Below the pieces are notes generated by a model that was not told where the DNA came from, did no database searches, and saw only the letters and a program-made list of their open reading frames with translations. 64,000 nucleotides of DNA from Octopus vulgaris (lineage: Eukaryota), in NCBI GenBank assembly GCA_951406725.2, contig OX597832.1, forward strand, positions 42,904,001-42,968,000. Direction: 5' to 3'. Positions 28,697 through 45,234 of the stretch are shown one piece after another (the stretch's first letter is position 1; each line of letters opens with the position of its first letter). A program made the position numbers and the translations under genes.

Positions 28697-29271
28697 GCAA
28701 ATATATCTGAGTATTTGTGTGTAATTTGCATTCGCTTTATTGTCCTCTTGCAACCCGATGTAAATTCATGTATTCTATCCGCTTTCTTCCTTTCTGCATT
28801 TCTTTAGTTGTAACCTTCATTCATCTTTGGCTGTGCTTTGTATTCGAAGTCTCCTCATACATACATACATACATACATACATACATACATACATACATAC
28901 ATACATACATACATACATACATACATACATACATACATACATAACTACATACATACATACACACACACACATACATACATACATGCATACATACATACAT
29001 ACATACATACATGCATACATACATACGTACATACATGCATACATACGTACATACATGCATACATATATACATACATACATACATGCATACATACATACGT
29101 ACATACATGCATGCATACATACATACATGCATACATACATAAATACATACATACATACATACATACACACACACACATACATACATACATACATACATAC
29201 ATACATACATACATACATGCATACACGCACACACACACATACATACATACATACATACATACATACATACA

Positions 29272-29302
<31 letters not shown>

Positions 29303-29492
29303 CTTAGCTTTCAGCCTTCAATATCCAATATCTTCGCGCGTTGACAAGAACGAGATATAAGACGCCGTTATCTAGCTGTGGGATGTTGAACAAATAACGG
29401 ATAACTCAATTAGACATTTCACACATTTTCTTACTATTCTGTTTTGTACTATCTTATATTTATTGTATTTTCCCCTTCCTTTATCCATGTTT

Positions 29493-29579
<87 letters not shown>

Positions 29580-29816
29580 GTCTGTCTATCTATCTATATA
29601 TCTTTCTATCTTTCTCTCCCTTCTCTTTTTGTGTGTGTCAATGTGTGTGAGTGTATGTGTGTGTGTGTATAGATATATATATTTCCACCTCTACACTTTC
29701 CCTCTCTTTCCCACTTGCTTCACTTTTACCTTCCTCTTCTGACTCTTTCACTTTGTTTCTCCACTCCCTCTGTTCCTTCGTCCCCTCTCTCTCACTCTCT
29801 CTCACTCTCTCTCACC

Positions 29817-29886
<70 letters not shown>

Positions 29887-30420
29887 CCATTCTTTCCTTC
29901 TCTCTATACTTCGTCTTCCCTACAACGTGGCCAGTGACCAGTGAAGGCGGTGTTGTTGTTTTTCGCTCTGTCTTTGACCAGACTGGTCATGCTAGTCAGA
30001 GCTCCTGCTACGTACTTCAGAACATATTCCTACGCAACCCCATTAAGATCCCCCGATAGCTGCTCTTTCTGTTTTATTTGTGGTATTTGTATTATCTTCT
30101 TTTTTTTTGTTGTATATAGCCGTAATAAATCGTGGCGTTATATATACATAATTCTTTGTTGTATTTATATAATGCCTTTTCTGTTTCTGTCTCAATATAA
30201 ATTCGCTAGTTTTTTCCTAGTAGCTTAAGCACTGGCGCCTACAAGATTGAGTAGTCTCAAGGATAATGGCGTGAAACCACGATGACTGACGAAGAAAATT
30301 CAGCTGCGAATATTCTGTGTATTGTGTCTTTGTCTGTATTCTCCGTCCGTTATTTTTTCGTCTAGTTTCCCGTTTGCTCTGCTTTCGCCATATCTTTTCT
30401 CCTTCCGTTCAACCCTTGAT

Positions 30421-30460
<40 letters not shown>

Positions 30461-30512
30461 ATGTATGTATGTATGTATGTATGTATGTATGTATGTACGT
30501 ATATATATAGAA

Positions 30513-30599
<87 letters not shown>

Positions 30600-30805
30600 T
30601 ATATTACCTCCCGTTACTTGTCAACTTGTCAAATCATTCACTCGTGAATTTCATTACAAACAACATGAACCAAATTTCTTCTTCAGAAAAAATATATTTT
30701 CATATAAATTAAACATTATATCATGAATAGCGATTGCGAAACCGGTCGATACATTAAAAATTATATCATAACCATGTAAGCGTGCGTATTTTCCTTTTTT
30801 AATTT

Positions 30806-30867
<62 letters not shown>

Positions 30868-32318
30868 GAGAGGCACACAAATATATGTCACCAATCAGAG
30901 ATCCATATATGTAATTATATATGTATGTATTTATGTACGTGCATAATAATAACAATAATAATAACCAAACACAAACATGATCACATTCCCATGTGGAAGT
31001 ATATATATATATACGTATGTAAATAAGTATGTATTTCGGTACATTTCGTAAGAACGCATGTAAGTACATTATACATTCAGAATTAATTTTTTTATTTCTA
31101 TATTTACTTATTTTCCGCTCTTCCGGGACAAACAAGTTAAGACAAAATGGCCAACCACAAACAAATGATATGAGCAGTGAAGGAAGAATAGCTCAAAGGT
31201 AGAAAGCAATTTGCGATCGGCTTTCTTCTCTTCACTGTCCTCTCGTGTCTTCTAGTTCTAGTTCTTCTTCTTCTTCTTCTCTTTGCTTTGTTTCATTCAG
31301 ATGACGGCTTTGTAAAATGAGTAACTTTTTTCTTTTATATGAGTCTTTTCTATTGTCTCTGTCTTCCTTTCGTTTCTCTCCTTTCGTATACTTTTCTTTC
31401 ACATCCTTTCCTTATTTCAAAGTCTTATTCTTTCTCTTATTCTCTCATCCCCCTCTCTTTATTTTCTCTCCCTCTCTTTCTCTCTCTCTCTCTCACTCTT
31501 AATTCTTTCTTTTTTCTTTTGAGTTATTTCTTTAATTTGTTTTGTGGTTACGGTTATCTTTTTCCTTTTTTGTTTCATCTGTCTTTCGTTTCCTTTAATT
31601 TTCTTATCTTTGTAACTCCCTCAATATACATCCCTTCCTCCTCTCCTTATCCTCCTCTTCCTCCCCTCGTCGCCCTCCTCCTCCTCCTCCTCCTCCTCAC
31701 TCTCCTCGTTATCTATTTACGTCTTTTCAATATTTTCGTGTATTTATCAGTTTATCTCATTTGTTCTTCTCATATTTTGTCTTAGTTTTTTTCATTTTGT
31801 TTTTACTTAGTTTCCCATTTTCCTATTTTCTCTCATATCTTCTCTTTACCGTTCTCTTTCATTCTTTTCTTTTCTCCCTAATTTTCTTCTTTCCTCCTTT
31901 GTTCAATTCTGTCATTCAATCTTTACACATCGTTCGTATTTTTGTCTCTTTTATTTCATTCATCGCAAATTCATTTAGCTTTGTTTAATCCCACCAAACA
32001 GTCTTTCTGATCTCTACATTATTTATATTCCAATACTTTCTTTACATAATGATTTCTTTCTCTGCATTACACACATCCATAAATCTAAAGCGAAGAGATC
32101 TGCTAGATTAAATGAACCCCAGTACATTACTGGTGCTTGATTTACTGTGATGTAGAAAAGATAAACCTCGAAAGAACTTCATCTGGGAACAGTGCCATAA
32201 ATTATGGGTTTCTATGACAGGCTACAAGTTTCAATATTTTTCTGGGCTCTCCTCTTTCGACAATACAATATCCCACAATTCATTCGCAGTATCAGATAAA
32301 AAATAAGACTACTGAATG

Positions 32319-32349
<31 letters not shown>

Positions 32350-32393
32350 TAATTATAATAATAATAATGATAATAATAATAATAATAATAATC

Positions 32394-32455
<62 letters not shown>

Positions 32456-32477
32456 TATAATAATAATAATAATAATA

Positions 32478-32566
<89 letters not shown>

Positions 32567-32578
32567 TAATAATAATAA

Positions 32579-33371
32579 GAAAAGAACAATCCCTGATGCA
32601 GTACCAGACAGTTGCGCTCGTGGCTTCTGATCTGAACTGATTGGAAGTGTTATCATGTACATTGTTTTGAAACGTTAGCACGCCGGGCGAAATGCTTAGC
32701 GGTATTTCGTCTGCGTTACGTTGTGAGTTCAAATTCCGCCGAGGTCGACTTTGCCTTTCATCCTTTCGGGGTCGATTAAATAAGTACCAGTTACGCACTG
32801 GGGTCGATGTAATCGACTTAATACCTATGTCTGTCCTTGTTTGTCCCCTCTGTGTTTAGCCCCTTGTGGGTAATAAAGAAATATGTACATTGTTTTGTCT
32901 TGGTATAAAAGATGGGCTACAGCAAATATTCTGCTCAATACCACAGATTTGCTTGTCAGTTGTTTGACCGTAACCAGTTGATCAAGTTCGTTAGTGGCTG
33001 ACGATATGTGCATCTCTGATCACGAGCAGAAGTAGTGGGGGAGCATCATAGCCATGTGTTGAGAGGGATTCTTTGGGGTTTGAATAGTTCACCTCTCGAA
33101 ACATGGGTGGTTCTTTCAACATCCTTAAACAACCCTTATTCAGGGACCGTTTGAGCGGGATGGGCTACTCAACCTGAAGAAAATTCTAACTGGGCCCCAC
33201 CTGCAAGGTCATGTGCTGTTTATCTTGATATGAGATCACCATGTCGCGCACATATGGTTGTTATGCATGTGCCTGGTGTACCTTTATCAGACGGGTAGTC
33301 ATGATGGGTATATTGGGCTTCGTATATTTTACCCCAGTGTCACTTTGATGGCATGCTCTGCTCTCTCACTC
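32579..33371. mobile_element. Non-coding element of about 570 bp embedded in a (TAA)n array, carrying a nested SINE
   Basis: Complex sequence with sharp ends between (TAA)n at 32320-32578 and 33372-33420. I see no recognisable ORF. Confidence 0.6.
32670..32882 (+). mobile_element. Family B SINE (Nin/Deu-like core), slightly 5'-truncated, with a 15-bp TSD
   Basis: ATGTACATTGTTTTG is duplicated at 32655-32669 and 32883-32897. Confidence 0.9.
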
Positions 33372-33422
<51 letters not shown>

Positions 33423-33644
33423 TCGTTTCTGCTACAGGGCAGGGCCTGAAATTGTGTGTGTGTATGTGTGTGTGTGTGTGTGTGGGGGGGGGGGGGGTTA
33501 ACCCGATTACATCGACCTCAGTACTCAACTATTACTTAATTTATTGACCCTGAAAGGATGAAAGATGAAGTCGACCACGTCGGAATTTGAACTCTGAACG
33601 TGAAGACGGACGAAATGCAGTTAAGTATTTTGCCCGGGATGCTA

Positions 33645-33765
<121 letters not shown>

Positions 33766-33803
33766 TAATAATAATGAATAATAATGATGATGAATAATGT
33801 TGT

Positions 33804-33856
<53 letters not shown>

Positions 33857-34249
33857 GGGATAGTGCTACTCTGATGTGCTCGTACATCCAGAGTCCAACA
33901 AGCAAGCGTCTTCGTTATATTCGAGCATAACGTTTCTGAGATAGTGTAAGGAGCTGTAGATATCTTCTGCAGCGAGGAGTCGTTTCCGCTTCCAGAAAGA
34001 AAATATATATTATTCTTGCTAAAACTGATCGTCAAAGATAATTTAACCAATAAAATCTTGTTACTATTTTTCTTGGTTTGTAGAATTATTTTTGGTGAAC
34101 GAGGTTTAAAGATATTTATTTAGCTGTCTTGTTCTGATGCCAAAATATACTTTTCCGCCATATTTGCTCGTATTTTCTGTTTTATATTTCATATTTTGTA
34201 CATTGTTAGAAACACAAATATAGATAAATAGATAGATAGATAGATAGAT

Positions 34250-34286
<37 letters not shown>

Positions 34287-34475
34287 GAAAAGATGAGGAA
34301 GAGAGTAAGAGCAAAAGAAAGGGAGATAGAAATAGTAAGAGTGGAAAAGCAGGTAATATGGTATCTGTGTGTTTATGTGTATGTGTGTGTATGTGTATGG
34401 TGTGTAGTGAGAAACTGAGAATGACAGGAGAGAGATGGAGAGAGATAGAGAAAGAGAGAGAGTGTGTGTGTGAGG

Positions 34476-34511
<36 letters not shown>

Positions 34512-34612
34512 GACACAGCGGGAAGGAAAGAGAGAGAAGGAAAGAGAGAAGACAAGTGTTATTCAGCAAAACTTTGTTTTCCAGCTATTTTGATCCGAAT
34601 AGATAATAAAAT

Positions 34613-34683
<71 letters not shown>

Positions 34684-34715
34684 ATACTAATACTAATACT
34701 ACTACCACCACCACC

Positions 34716-34779
<64 letters not shown>

Positions 34780-34832
34780 TCACTACTGCTGCTGCTTCTG
34801 CTGCTGCTGCCACTACTACTATTACTATTACA

Positions 34833-34891
<59 letters not shown>

Positions 34892-35282
34892 GAACAAAAA
34901 CTAATGATAATAAAAATATGAAAATTTAGGAATTAATAACCTACATGGAAATGGTGCATAATATTTATATAAAGTTTATATTGTGTATTTATGTACGCAG
35001 GTATCTGTGTGTATGTATGTATGTATGTATGTATGTATGTGTGTGTGTGTGTGTATGCATATATGAATGCATGTGTGTGTATGCATGTATATATGTATGT
35101 ATGTGTGCCTGTTTGTATAGTATATATTACGTATGCATATCTACTTGATACATGGATACCTAAACACATACATACATACATATTTACACAAACACATATA
35201 CACAGACATTTCCATACACATTCATATATATATTTATACATATATATATTCATACATACATACATATACATATATATACATA

Positions 35283-35413
<131 letters not shown>

Positions 35414-35739
35414 GTATATATATATGTGTATATATATATATAGATATAGATATATGCTAATGAGATTACATGTTGTTCGGCCCTACACGCTGGTGGAATA
35501 TTTGCATTTTGCGCCAAAGATATTTTTTCTCCCCTCTCCTTTTGATTATAGTCTTGAAAATAATTCTGCTCGTTGGTGCCAAACTGCTAATAACAGACCT
35601 CTTGTACTCTCCAAGTGATCCACAGTTGTCTGCCTGGGTAATTGGTGCATTTCTTACCGCTTCGCTAATTCTTTGCCTTGTCCCACCCACCAGTTTCCCT
35701 CTTTCCTTTTTATCTTTCTCTCATTCACACACACACACA

Positions 35740-35823
<84 letters not shown>

Positions 35824-35983
35824 CTATCTATTTCTTTCTCATACACACGCTATATCACCATCTCTAAGTCTCGCTTTCTCTCTTTCTCTCCTCTCCTCGA
35901 TTCTCCCCACTATCTTTCTATCTATCCGTTTAAATTCATAATTTGCGTTCAGGAACATATGTACTAATATCTGTGCATCATTA

Positions 35984-36060
<77 letters not shown>

Positions 36061-36221
36061 AATATGTATGAGTATGTATGCGTGTCTATGCGCATATATA
36101 TATATATATATATCTTCCTATTTACACCCATGCGCACACACATACTCGAATATATTTACATTTACATACAAAGAATACAAACTTATATTTATTTAAGTTT
36201 CGATGTATAAACACGCACACG

Positions 36222-36255
<34 letters not shown>

Positions 36256-36572
36256 CACACACACACACTTAAGTAAGCACTTAAGTGCAACAAAAGATGG
36301 AAAAAATAGTACTCGAATACCAAATGTAGAATAATATGCAATTTTATTAATTTTTTAATGCTGAAAAATTCTTCCCAAATTCTTACTCTGAGTAAGAGTT
36401 CATGAAAAGCTTAAGAGTGAAGTGGGGGAACACATAAATCTGTGTTACTCCTTGACAGAATAATAGGCCGTATGGCTATGGGAAAGTTGTAGATTTGATT
36501 TCGAATCTGAGGTAGGACTAAGAGATAAAGATAGATAGAGAGAGAGAGAGTGAGTGAGCGCGCGCTTGTGTG

Positions 36573-37310
36573 ACTAGCGTGTTGCTAGAAATAAGAGCCA
36601 AATCATTCTAATGTTATAGTAAACGCACATGAATGAAAGTATATACAATAACAGGGACCATAATCGTCGGAAAAGTGCCGATCAAGAATTCTTAATACTG
36701 GCGCGTCAGTTTCGGCAATTTCCGTTGCCTCAGCAGTTAAGACAACTCGGCTTCGGCTCTTTCCGGATTCGCTTCGCCAATAGTATTTATATTTTCGTCA
36801 TCCACATAATTGGATGATTTACCGATTCGCTAATGTGCACATATAAAATTAATATAAACACCAGTTTATAATATTTCACCAAAAAGAATTACAAATGTCA
36901 CTTTTCGGATGATTATGATCCTTGTTAGTATATATATTTTTATTCGTGTACGCTAACTACCGCATTAGAGTGATTTAACTCTTATTTCTAGCAATGTAGG
37001 TGCTTCGCAACACCTACATTGCAAATTGTCGTTTATGTTAATTTTATATATACACATTAGCGAATCGCTAAGTCATCCAATTATTTGGATGACGAAAGCA
37101 TAAATGCTAATGACGAAGCGAGTCCGGAAAGAGCCGAAGCCGAGCTGTCTTAACTGATGGGGCAACGGAAATTGCCGAAACTGACGTGTCAAAGAATTCT
37201 GGATCGGCACTTTTCGGACGATTGTGGTCCCTGTTCGTGTATAAGTTTTCCTTCATGTGCGTTAACTAGAGCATTTGAACATTTAAGCTCTAATTTCTAG
37301 CAATGCTGGT
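36573..37310. repeat. Long imperfect inverted repeat (arms of about 285 bp), MITE-like or foldback-like
   Basis: 36573-36859 is the reverse complement of 37031-37310 at roughly 80-85% identity by eye. The spacer holds a third diverged partial copy at about 36899-37001. Confidence 0.88.
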
Positions 37311-38012
37311 AATTCTTAATACACTAGTCACATTTAGTGGCATCTATAATAATAAATGCCAAAACGAATTTCTGTGTGTCAGTATGTCACACTTTGACGC
37401 CCTCTCTCACTATTCAGTGACACTTCCGCTATTCCTCGTGATGGGGTGACAGCAATAGTAGGCATAGAGACGGTGGTAGGTTGACGGTTGTGATGGTAAT
37501 GGGGTGATAGTATTAGTAGGAGCTGTGGGTGTGATAGAGGTGGAGGCGACGGCAACGATGGTGCTGGTGGTCAGCCAGGGATGACGGTGATGGTAAGTGA
37601 TGTGACGACAATGGTGATGGTGGTGGAGTAAGCGATGTGAAAGAGAGTGGTGATGGTGGTGGAGGGGAAGGCGGCGAAGTCAAAGCTATTCATGGTGGTG
37701 GCATCAGAAGTCTGAATGGTGTGTGTATGGCAGTTGTGGTGGCGATGCTGGTAGTCCCGGTGATGGTGATGGTTGAAAACAGTCAACAGTAAAAGAGAGA
37801 AAGAAAGAAGTTAGACAGAAAAAATATTGTATGGGAAGACAAAAAATGTTTATCATGCAGCTTTGCAATGAGTTCCAAGTCGACAACTTATATCATTGTT
37901 TTGATGAAAATCTAATATATACTCAATGCATGAAGTGTCTTTATTGGGCCTTGGGCCCAATAAGGAGCCTTCCACAGGAGCTAGCTTAAAAGCCGCCAAA
38001 TAGTGCGGCTTA

Positions 38013-38048
<36 letters not shown>

Positions 38049-38074
38049 TGTATGTACGTACGTACGTACGTATG

Positions 38075-38126
<52 letters not shown>

Positions 38127-38248
38127 GAGATAAACCCACTATTAGGCAAATCAAACGGTGAAAATCATAAGCCAATATATAGAAATAAAATTAATTAAAA
38201 AAAATATCTAAAAAATATAAAATATAGAATATAAAATTCTAAATTAAA

Positions 38249-38280
<32 letters not shown>

Positions 38281-38772
38281 CGAGCAAAACACACCCATCC
38301 AATCGACGGTGCTGAGTTGTTAAAAATTTAAACCAAATTTTATCAAATAAATATTTATATTTATAAATATATATATGTGTGTGTGAATACGACGGGCTTC
38401 TTTCAGTTTCCGTCTACCAAGTCCACCCACAAGCATTTGGTCGACTCGACGCTATAGCATAAGGCACTTGCCCAGCTTTGGCTGTAATAATTTAATAGTA
38501 CAAAATATAAATCGGCTCACATTGAATCGATTTAGGTATCAGATATATCCCAAAGTCTTGTGCTAACACAATTTGTCCAAAACAACCAATCCGCTTGGAA
38601 ATTAAGCAGAACAGAAAGCTAAAATTTCAATGCAGGGAAGTAATTAAATACAAAGCGAGAGAAGGTGGAAAGACAGAAAGCTCAGATGAAATATGATTCA
38701 TATTTGTAAGGTTTATTCCCGTATTAAAGATGTGGTATTTATTTTACTTAATGTCTTTGTGTTATATATATA

Positions 38773-38991
38773 TGGAGGCGCAATGGCCCAGTGGTTAGGG
38801 CAGCGGACTTGCGGTCGGAGGATCGCGGTTTCGATTCCCAGACCGGGCGTTGTGTGTGTTATATTGAGCGAAAACACCTAAAAGCTCCACGAGGCTCCGG
38901 CAGGGGATGGTGGTGATCCCTGCTGTACTCTTTCACCACTCTAAAAGGCGGTGCTCCAGCATGGCCGCAGTCAAAATGACTGAAACAAGTA

Positions 38992-39022
<31 letters not shown>
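38773..39022 (+). mobile_element. SINE family C head joined to the family A (CR1-like) tail, then poly(A)
   Basis: Head at 38773-38940, then AAGGCGGTGCTCCAGCATGGCCGCAGTC...GACTGAAACAAGTAC and an A-run of about 30 nt. Confidence 0.85.
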
Positions 39023-39026
<4 letters not shown>

Positions 39027-39676
39027 GTGTGTGTGTGTATGTGTGTGTGTATACACACGTGTGTATGTCTGTGTAAGCATATATATATATATACTTATGT
39101 ATATGCATATATGTGTATGTATAAATATATATATAAATATGTTTGTGTGTGTATATATATATATACCGACACGTTCGAATTCACAAACGGTGAAATGCAT
39201 GTGTGAATGTATTGGTGTGTGTATGTGCGTGTGCGTGTGGAAACAAGTACTATCATTTTGAATATGCAAATGAGGAAATAAATATTGTGTGATTAGCATG
39301 CATTATTTGTGCCTTTCTTGTGCTGTACTATGAATATTATTACCTCCATCATTCCTCTTTTATTTTTATGGGAAATTCCTTAGAGTATATATATGTGTGT
39401 GTGTTTGTTTGTGTATGTATGTGTGTGAGTGTGTGTGTGTGTGTGTGTATTGGGCACTAATATTTTTTTCATGTCAAATGACATAGCACATTACAGTTGA
39501 TCCTTATAGGAAATGCATGGTGAGTCGCGGAGAGTGTGTTGTAACCGAATGACCAATAAACTATAATTTATGTCTGCCAATATAGTCATTGCATTATTAA
39601 TTTTTTTTCATTTGTACTATTCTGCACGTTGAAATTTGGTACGGATTTTTCTAGATCTTCTTTCAGTGTCTCGACG

Positions 39677-41998
<2,322 letters not shown>

Positions 41999-42165
41999 TA
42001 TGTTTGACTTTTGCTTTATATTTGTACAAGTTGGCTCCAAGTCTCACCCAGAGACCTCAAGAGACAACAGGGTTGGAAGTTCATGTTGTTGTTATGCCTA
42101 GTGTGCCATATATTTGGGGGGTGGGGATGTTGTACTAATGAATGTCTAAAAAGAAAAAAAAAGGG

Positions 42166-42196
<31 letters not shown>

Positions 42197-42226
42197 CGAA
42201 AATTATGTTTGTTTTAAACCTTGAGA

Positions 42227-45223
42227 TTACATAGAGAGTATTTTGCGTAGGATATGAGCAGTTCCCATGAGCACTATCTTTTGAACTTCTGCCATTTTTG
42301 GGTTTCCTGGTATCTGAGTTAGGTAGCTATCAGCCCCTTTTGCTATCATTCCCAGGGCACCTATGACAACAGGTATTGTTTTAGTCTTCAGCTTCCACAT
42401 TTTGCTGATTTCTATTTCAAGATCTTTATATTTGCTCAGTTTTTGGTAGGTCTTGACAGATACGTTTATATCGATTGGGACAGTCATATCAATGAGGAGG
42501 CATGTTCTTTGTTTGAAGTTTTTCAATATGATGTCTGGCCTATTTGCATCTATCTTCCTGTCAGTTTGAATGGTGAAGTTCCAGAGGAGTGAGATGTGGT
42601 CATTTTCAAGCACTGGGGGTGGTTTGTGTTCCCACCAGTTTTTTTCATGGGGCAAATCCAGGTTTTTACAGATTACCCAGTGAATATATTGTGCAGCTCT
42701 ATCGTGCCTGTTGAGATACTCTGTAGGCGCTAGAAGACTGCACTTGGAGACCACATGGTCAATGGTTTCATTTTGTTGCTTGCATACACGACACGTTGGA
42801 CTGCTTCTGATCTTTAATATGTTGGCCTGGTAGTTTCTTGTTGGTAGGCATTGATCTTGAGCTGCTATGATAAACCCCTCTGTTTCAGATTTTAAGCCAG
42901 AGGCCATTAGCCATTGATGGGTCAGGGCTTTGTCGATATCTGCATTATTCGCTCTCTTTGGGTATTTGCCATAGAGAGGTTTTTCTTGCCATTTATTATT
43001 CAGAATATCTAAGGCCGCAGTTTTGGCACGGGTTTTCATGCGCCTAGCTTTTTCTGTGCTTGTTTCTTGTATATCTATCTCTAATTCCGAAATTGGTTGT
43101 ATTCGGAATTCACTTAGATATTCCTTTGCCTGTTTTGTGACTGAGTATGATGCTTTCTTGTTTTCATGTTTTGAGACAAGTTTTAGCATCCAGTCCTCAG
43201 AGTTTTTCAGGTAGGTGTCTAGGCCAATTGTAGCAATCTTCATTGTTATTGCCAGTTGCAAAAGACCACGGCCTCCCTCTTTTCTTGGCAGATAGAGTCG
43301 TTCTGTATCTGCCTTAGGGTGGTGCATTCTATGCATTGTCAACAGTTTCCTTATTTTTCTGTCGAGCTGACATATTTCAGTAATTGACCAGTTAACAATA
43401 TTGAAACTGTAAGTCACGACTGGTATAGCTAATGCATTGATTGCTTCGATCCTGTTTCTTGCATTCAGCTCTGTCTTGAGTATTGCTCTCACTCTTCGAT
43501 AGCATTCTCTCCTGATCCTTTCCTTCATCTCTGAATGCCTTATTCCGTTCCCTTCAATTATCCCTAGGTACTTGTAGCTCTCCGCTGGGTCTAGTTCTTT
43601 TATGACATTCTGTTGGTCAAGGTTAACGTTAGATGTTTCTGTCATTTTTCCTTTGATAAAGGTAGCCTTTGCACATTTATCGAGGCCGAATTGCATTCTG
43701 ATGTCGTCACTGAATTGTTTGACTATCGCTAGTAAGCCCTTGAGTTGTTGATCATTTTTTGCAAAAAGCTTTAAATCATCCATGTAAACGAGATGATTTA
43801 TATTTTTATCAAACATTTTATACCCGTACTGCGCGTCATTGAGCAGCTTTGAGAGAGGTATTAAGGATAAACAAAAGAGGAGTGGTGACAGTGAGTCACC
43901 CTGGAAAATGCCACACGAAATTTTTACATCACCAGCATTTAGGGATTCACTGTCACTGTTCAGAGTTAGTGTGGTTCTCCATGATCTCATACTTACAGTC
44001 AAGAAGTTTCGCAGAGTTGGTGCTATCTTATACATTTCAAGGCATTTCCTAATCCAGCTATGTGGTAGGCTATCAAAAGCCTTTTTATAGTCTATCCAGG
44101 CTATTGATAAGTTTTTGTGTCGTTTGTGACAATCTTCTAAGATCATCTTATTGATGAGTAGTTGGTCTTTACAGCCGTAGGATCCACGTTTACATCCTTT
44201 CTGTTCATTAGGGAATATGCTGCTGTCTGTTAAAAAACTATAGGTATATTCCGTCAGGACAGATGTTAGTGTTTTGTACATAGTTGTTAAGCAGGTTATG
44301 GGTCTATAGTTTTTTGGTTCATTTGTTTCTTCACTTTTTGGAAGCAGGAATGTTAACCCATTAACTAGCCAAGGAGGCATCCTACTAGGGTGTTGCAAAA
44401 CATCATTGTACAGTTCTGTTAGCAGTTCATGGCTCTCTGGGAAGGCATTCAGCCAGAAGTTAGGAATTTTATCCTTTCCTGGAGACTTCCATTTGCTTGA
44501 CCTCCTGAGAGCAGATCTTATATCTTCTACCTTGACACCCTCCCACTTTTGCTCTTCTAAGGGGTCCAGTTCTGTAGATATTCTGTCAATCCAGGGGGCC
44601 TTTTCGTTGTGTGTTTTTTCTTCTGCCCAGATTTTATTCCAAAATCTCTGCACTTCTTCTTTTGATGGTACAGACCCTGCAGTAAACGCTGTTTTTCCTA
44701 TCTTCCTGTAAAAATTCTTGGTATTATTTTTGAACATGTTGTTGTCCTTGAAAAATCTAACACGCTTTTCATACCTCGCTATGCGGGCAGCTTTGGCAGA
44801 TACCTTTTGTTTGATGGTTTCTATGGTGGCATCAATATCAAGTATAGTTTTCATATTGTATTTTTTCAGTAATTTTTGGGTTTTTGTAGGTTTGGTAATC
44901 TTGTGAGCCTTAAGGTTTTTCAAATATTCAATGTCAGATCTAAATATTTTAATTTGTTGTTGCAGACGCTCTTGCCAAGAAGGCTTTTTGTGGGACTGTT
45001 GCCGTTTTCTAATCTTTACACCACATAGGATCGTTGAGATTTTCGCGGATGCATAGTATAGGTGGTTGAGGTTTGTGATATCAACATCATTAACTGAAAT
45101 TATATCCTTAAGTGCAAGCCGGATTTTACCAATTATTTTCATGTTTTGGTTAGAGTTGCGGATTTTAGGAAGTGTATCACGCTCATCCATGCTGGTTTCT
45201 TTAATTTTCAGCCATTCAATCAT
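42227..45223 (-). CDS. Reverse transcriptase plus CCHC zinc finger plus restriction-like endonuclease (998 aa; C-terminal part of the element ORF)
   Basis: RT motifs KSPGKDKIPNFW, NYRPITCL, WIDYKKAFDSLPH, GIFQGDSLSPLLF, YMDDLK and YKYLG. Zinc finger CRVCKQQNETIDHVVSKC followed by RHD. RLE core RPDIIL...IDMTVP...KLSKY. Confidence 0.95.
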   Translation of the reverse strand: MIEWLKIKETSMDERDTLPKIRNSNQNMKIIGKIRLALKDIISVNDVDITNLNHLYYASAKISTILCGVKIRKRQQSHKKPSWQERLQQQIKIFRSDIEYLKNLKAHKITKPTKTQKLLKKYNMKTILDIDATIETIKQKVSAKAARIARYEKRVRFFKDNNMFKNNTKNFYRKIGKTAFTAGSVPSKEEVQRFWNKIWAEEKTHNEKAPWIDRISTELDPLEEQKWEGVKVEDIRSALRRSSKWKSPGKDKIPNFWLNAFPESHELLTELYNDVLQHPSRMPPWLVNGLTFLLPKSEETNEPKNYRPITCLTTMYKTLTSVLTEYTYSFLTDSSIFPNEQKGCKRGSYGCKDQLLINKMILEDCHKRHKNLSIAWIDYKKAFDSLPHSWIRKCLEMYKIAPTLRNFLTVSMRSWRTTLTLNSDSESLNAGDVKISCGIFQGDSLSPLLFCLSLIPLSKLLNDAQYGYKMFDKNINHLVYMDDLKLFAKNDQQLKGLLAIVKQFSDDIRMQFGLDKCAKATFIKGKMTETSNVNLDQQNVIKELDPAESYKYLGIIEGNGIRHSEMKERIRRECYRRVRAILKTELNARNRIEAINALAIPVVTYSFNIVNWSITEICQLDRKIRKLLTMHRMHHPKADTERLYLPRKEGGRGLLQLAITMKIATIGLDTYLKNSEDWMLKLVSKHENKKASYSVTKQAKEYLSEFRIQPISELEIDIQETSTEKARRMKTRAKTAALDILNNKWQEKPLYGKYPKRANNADIDKALTHQWLMASGLKSETEGFIIAAQDQCLPTRNYQANILKIRSSPTCRVCKQQNETIDHVVSKCSLLAPTEYLNRHDRAAQYIHWVICKNLDLPHEKNWWEHKPPPVLENDHISLLWNFTIQTDRKIDANRPDIILKNFKQRTCLLIDMTVPIDINVSVKTYQKLSKYKDLEIEISKMWKLKTKTIPVVIGALGMIAKGADSYLTQIPGNPKMAEVQKIVLMGTAHILRKILSM

Positions 45224-45234
45224 GATTTGATTTT

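Noticed and set aside
32590-32655. Faint resemblance of the reverse strand to the U2 snRNA 3' region
   Set aside because: The match covers only about 11 nt, with no Sm site or U2 5' stems.
38773-38846. tRNA-like sequence with box A and box B, also at other SINE heads
   Set aside because: It continues into a SINE body, occurs in many diverged copies, and has imperfect acceptor and anticodon stems. It is a SINE head, not a tRNA gene.
43023-44906. Short plus-strand ORFs inside the retrotransposon
   Set aside because: They are antisense shadows of the RT ORF.
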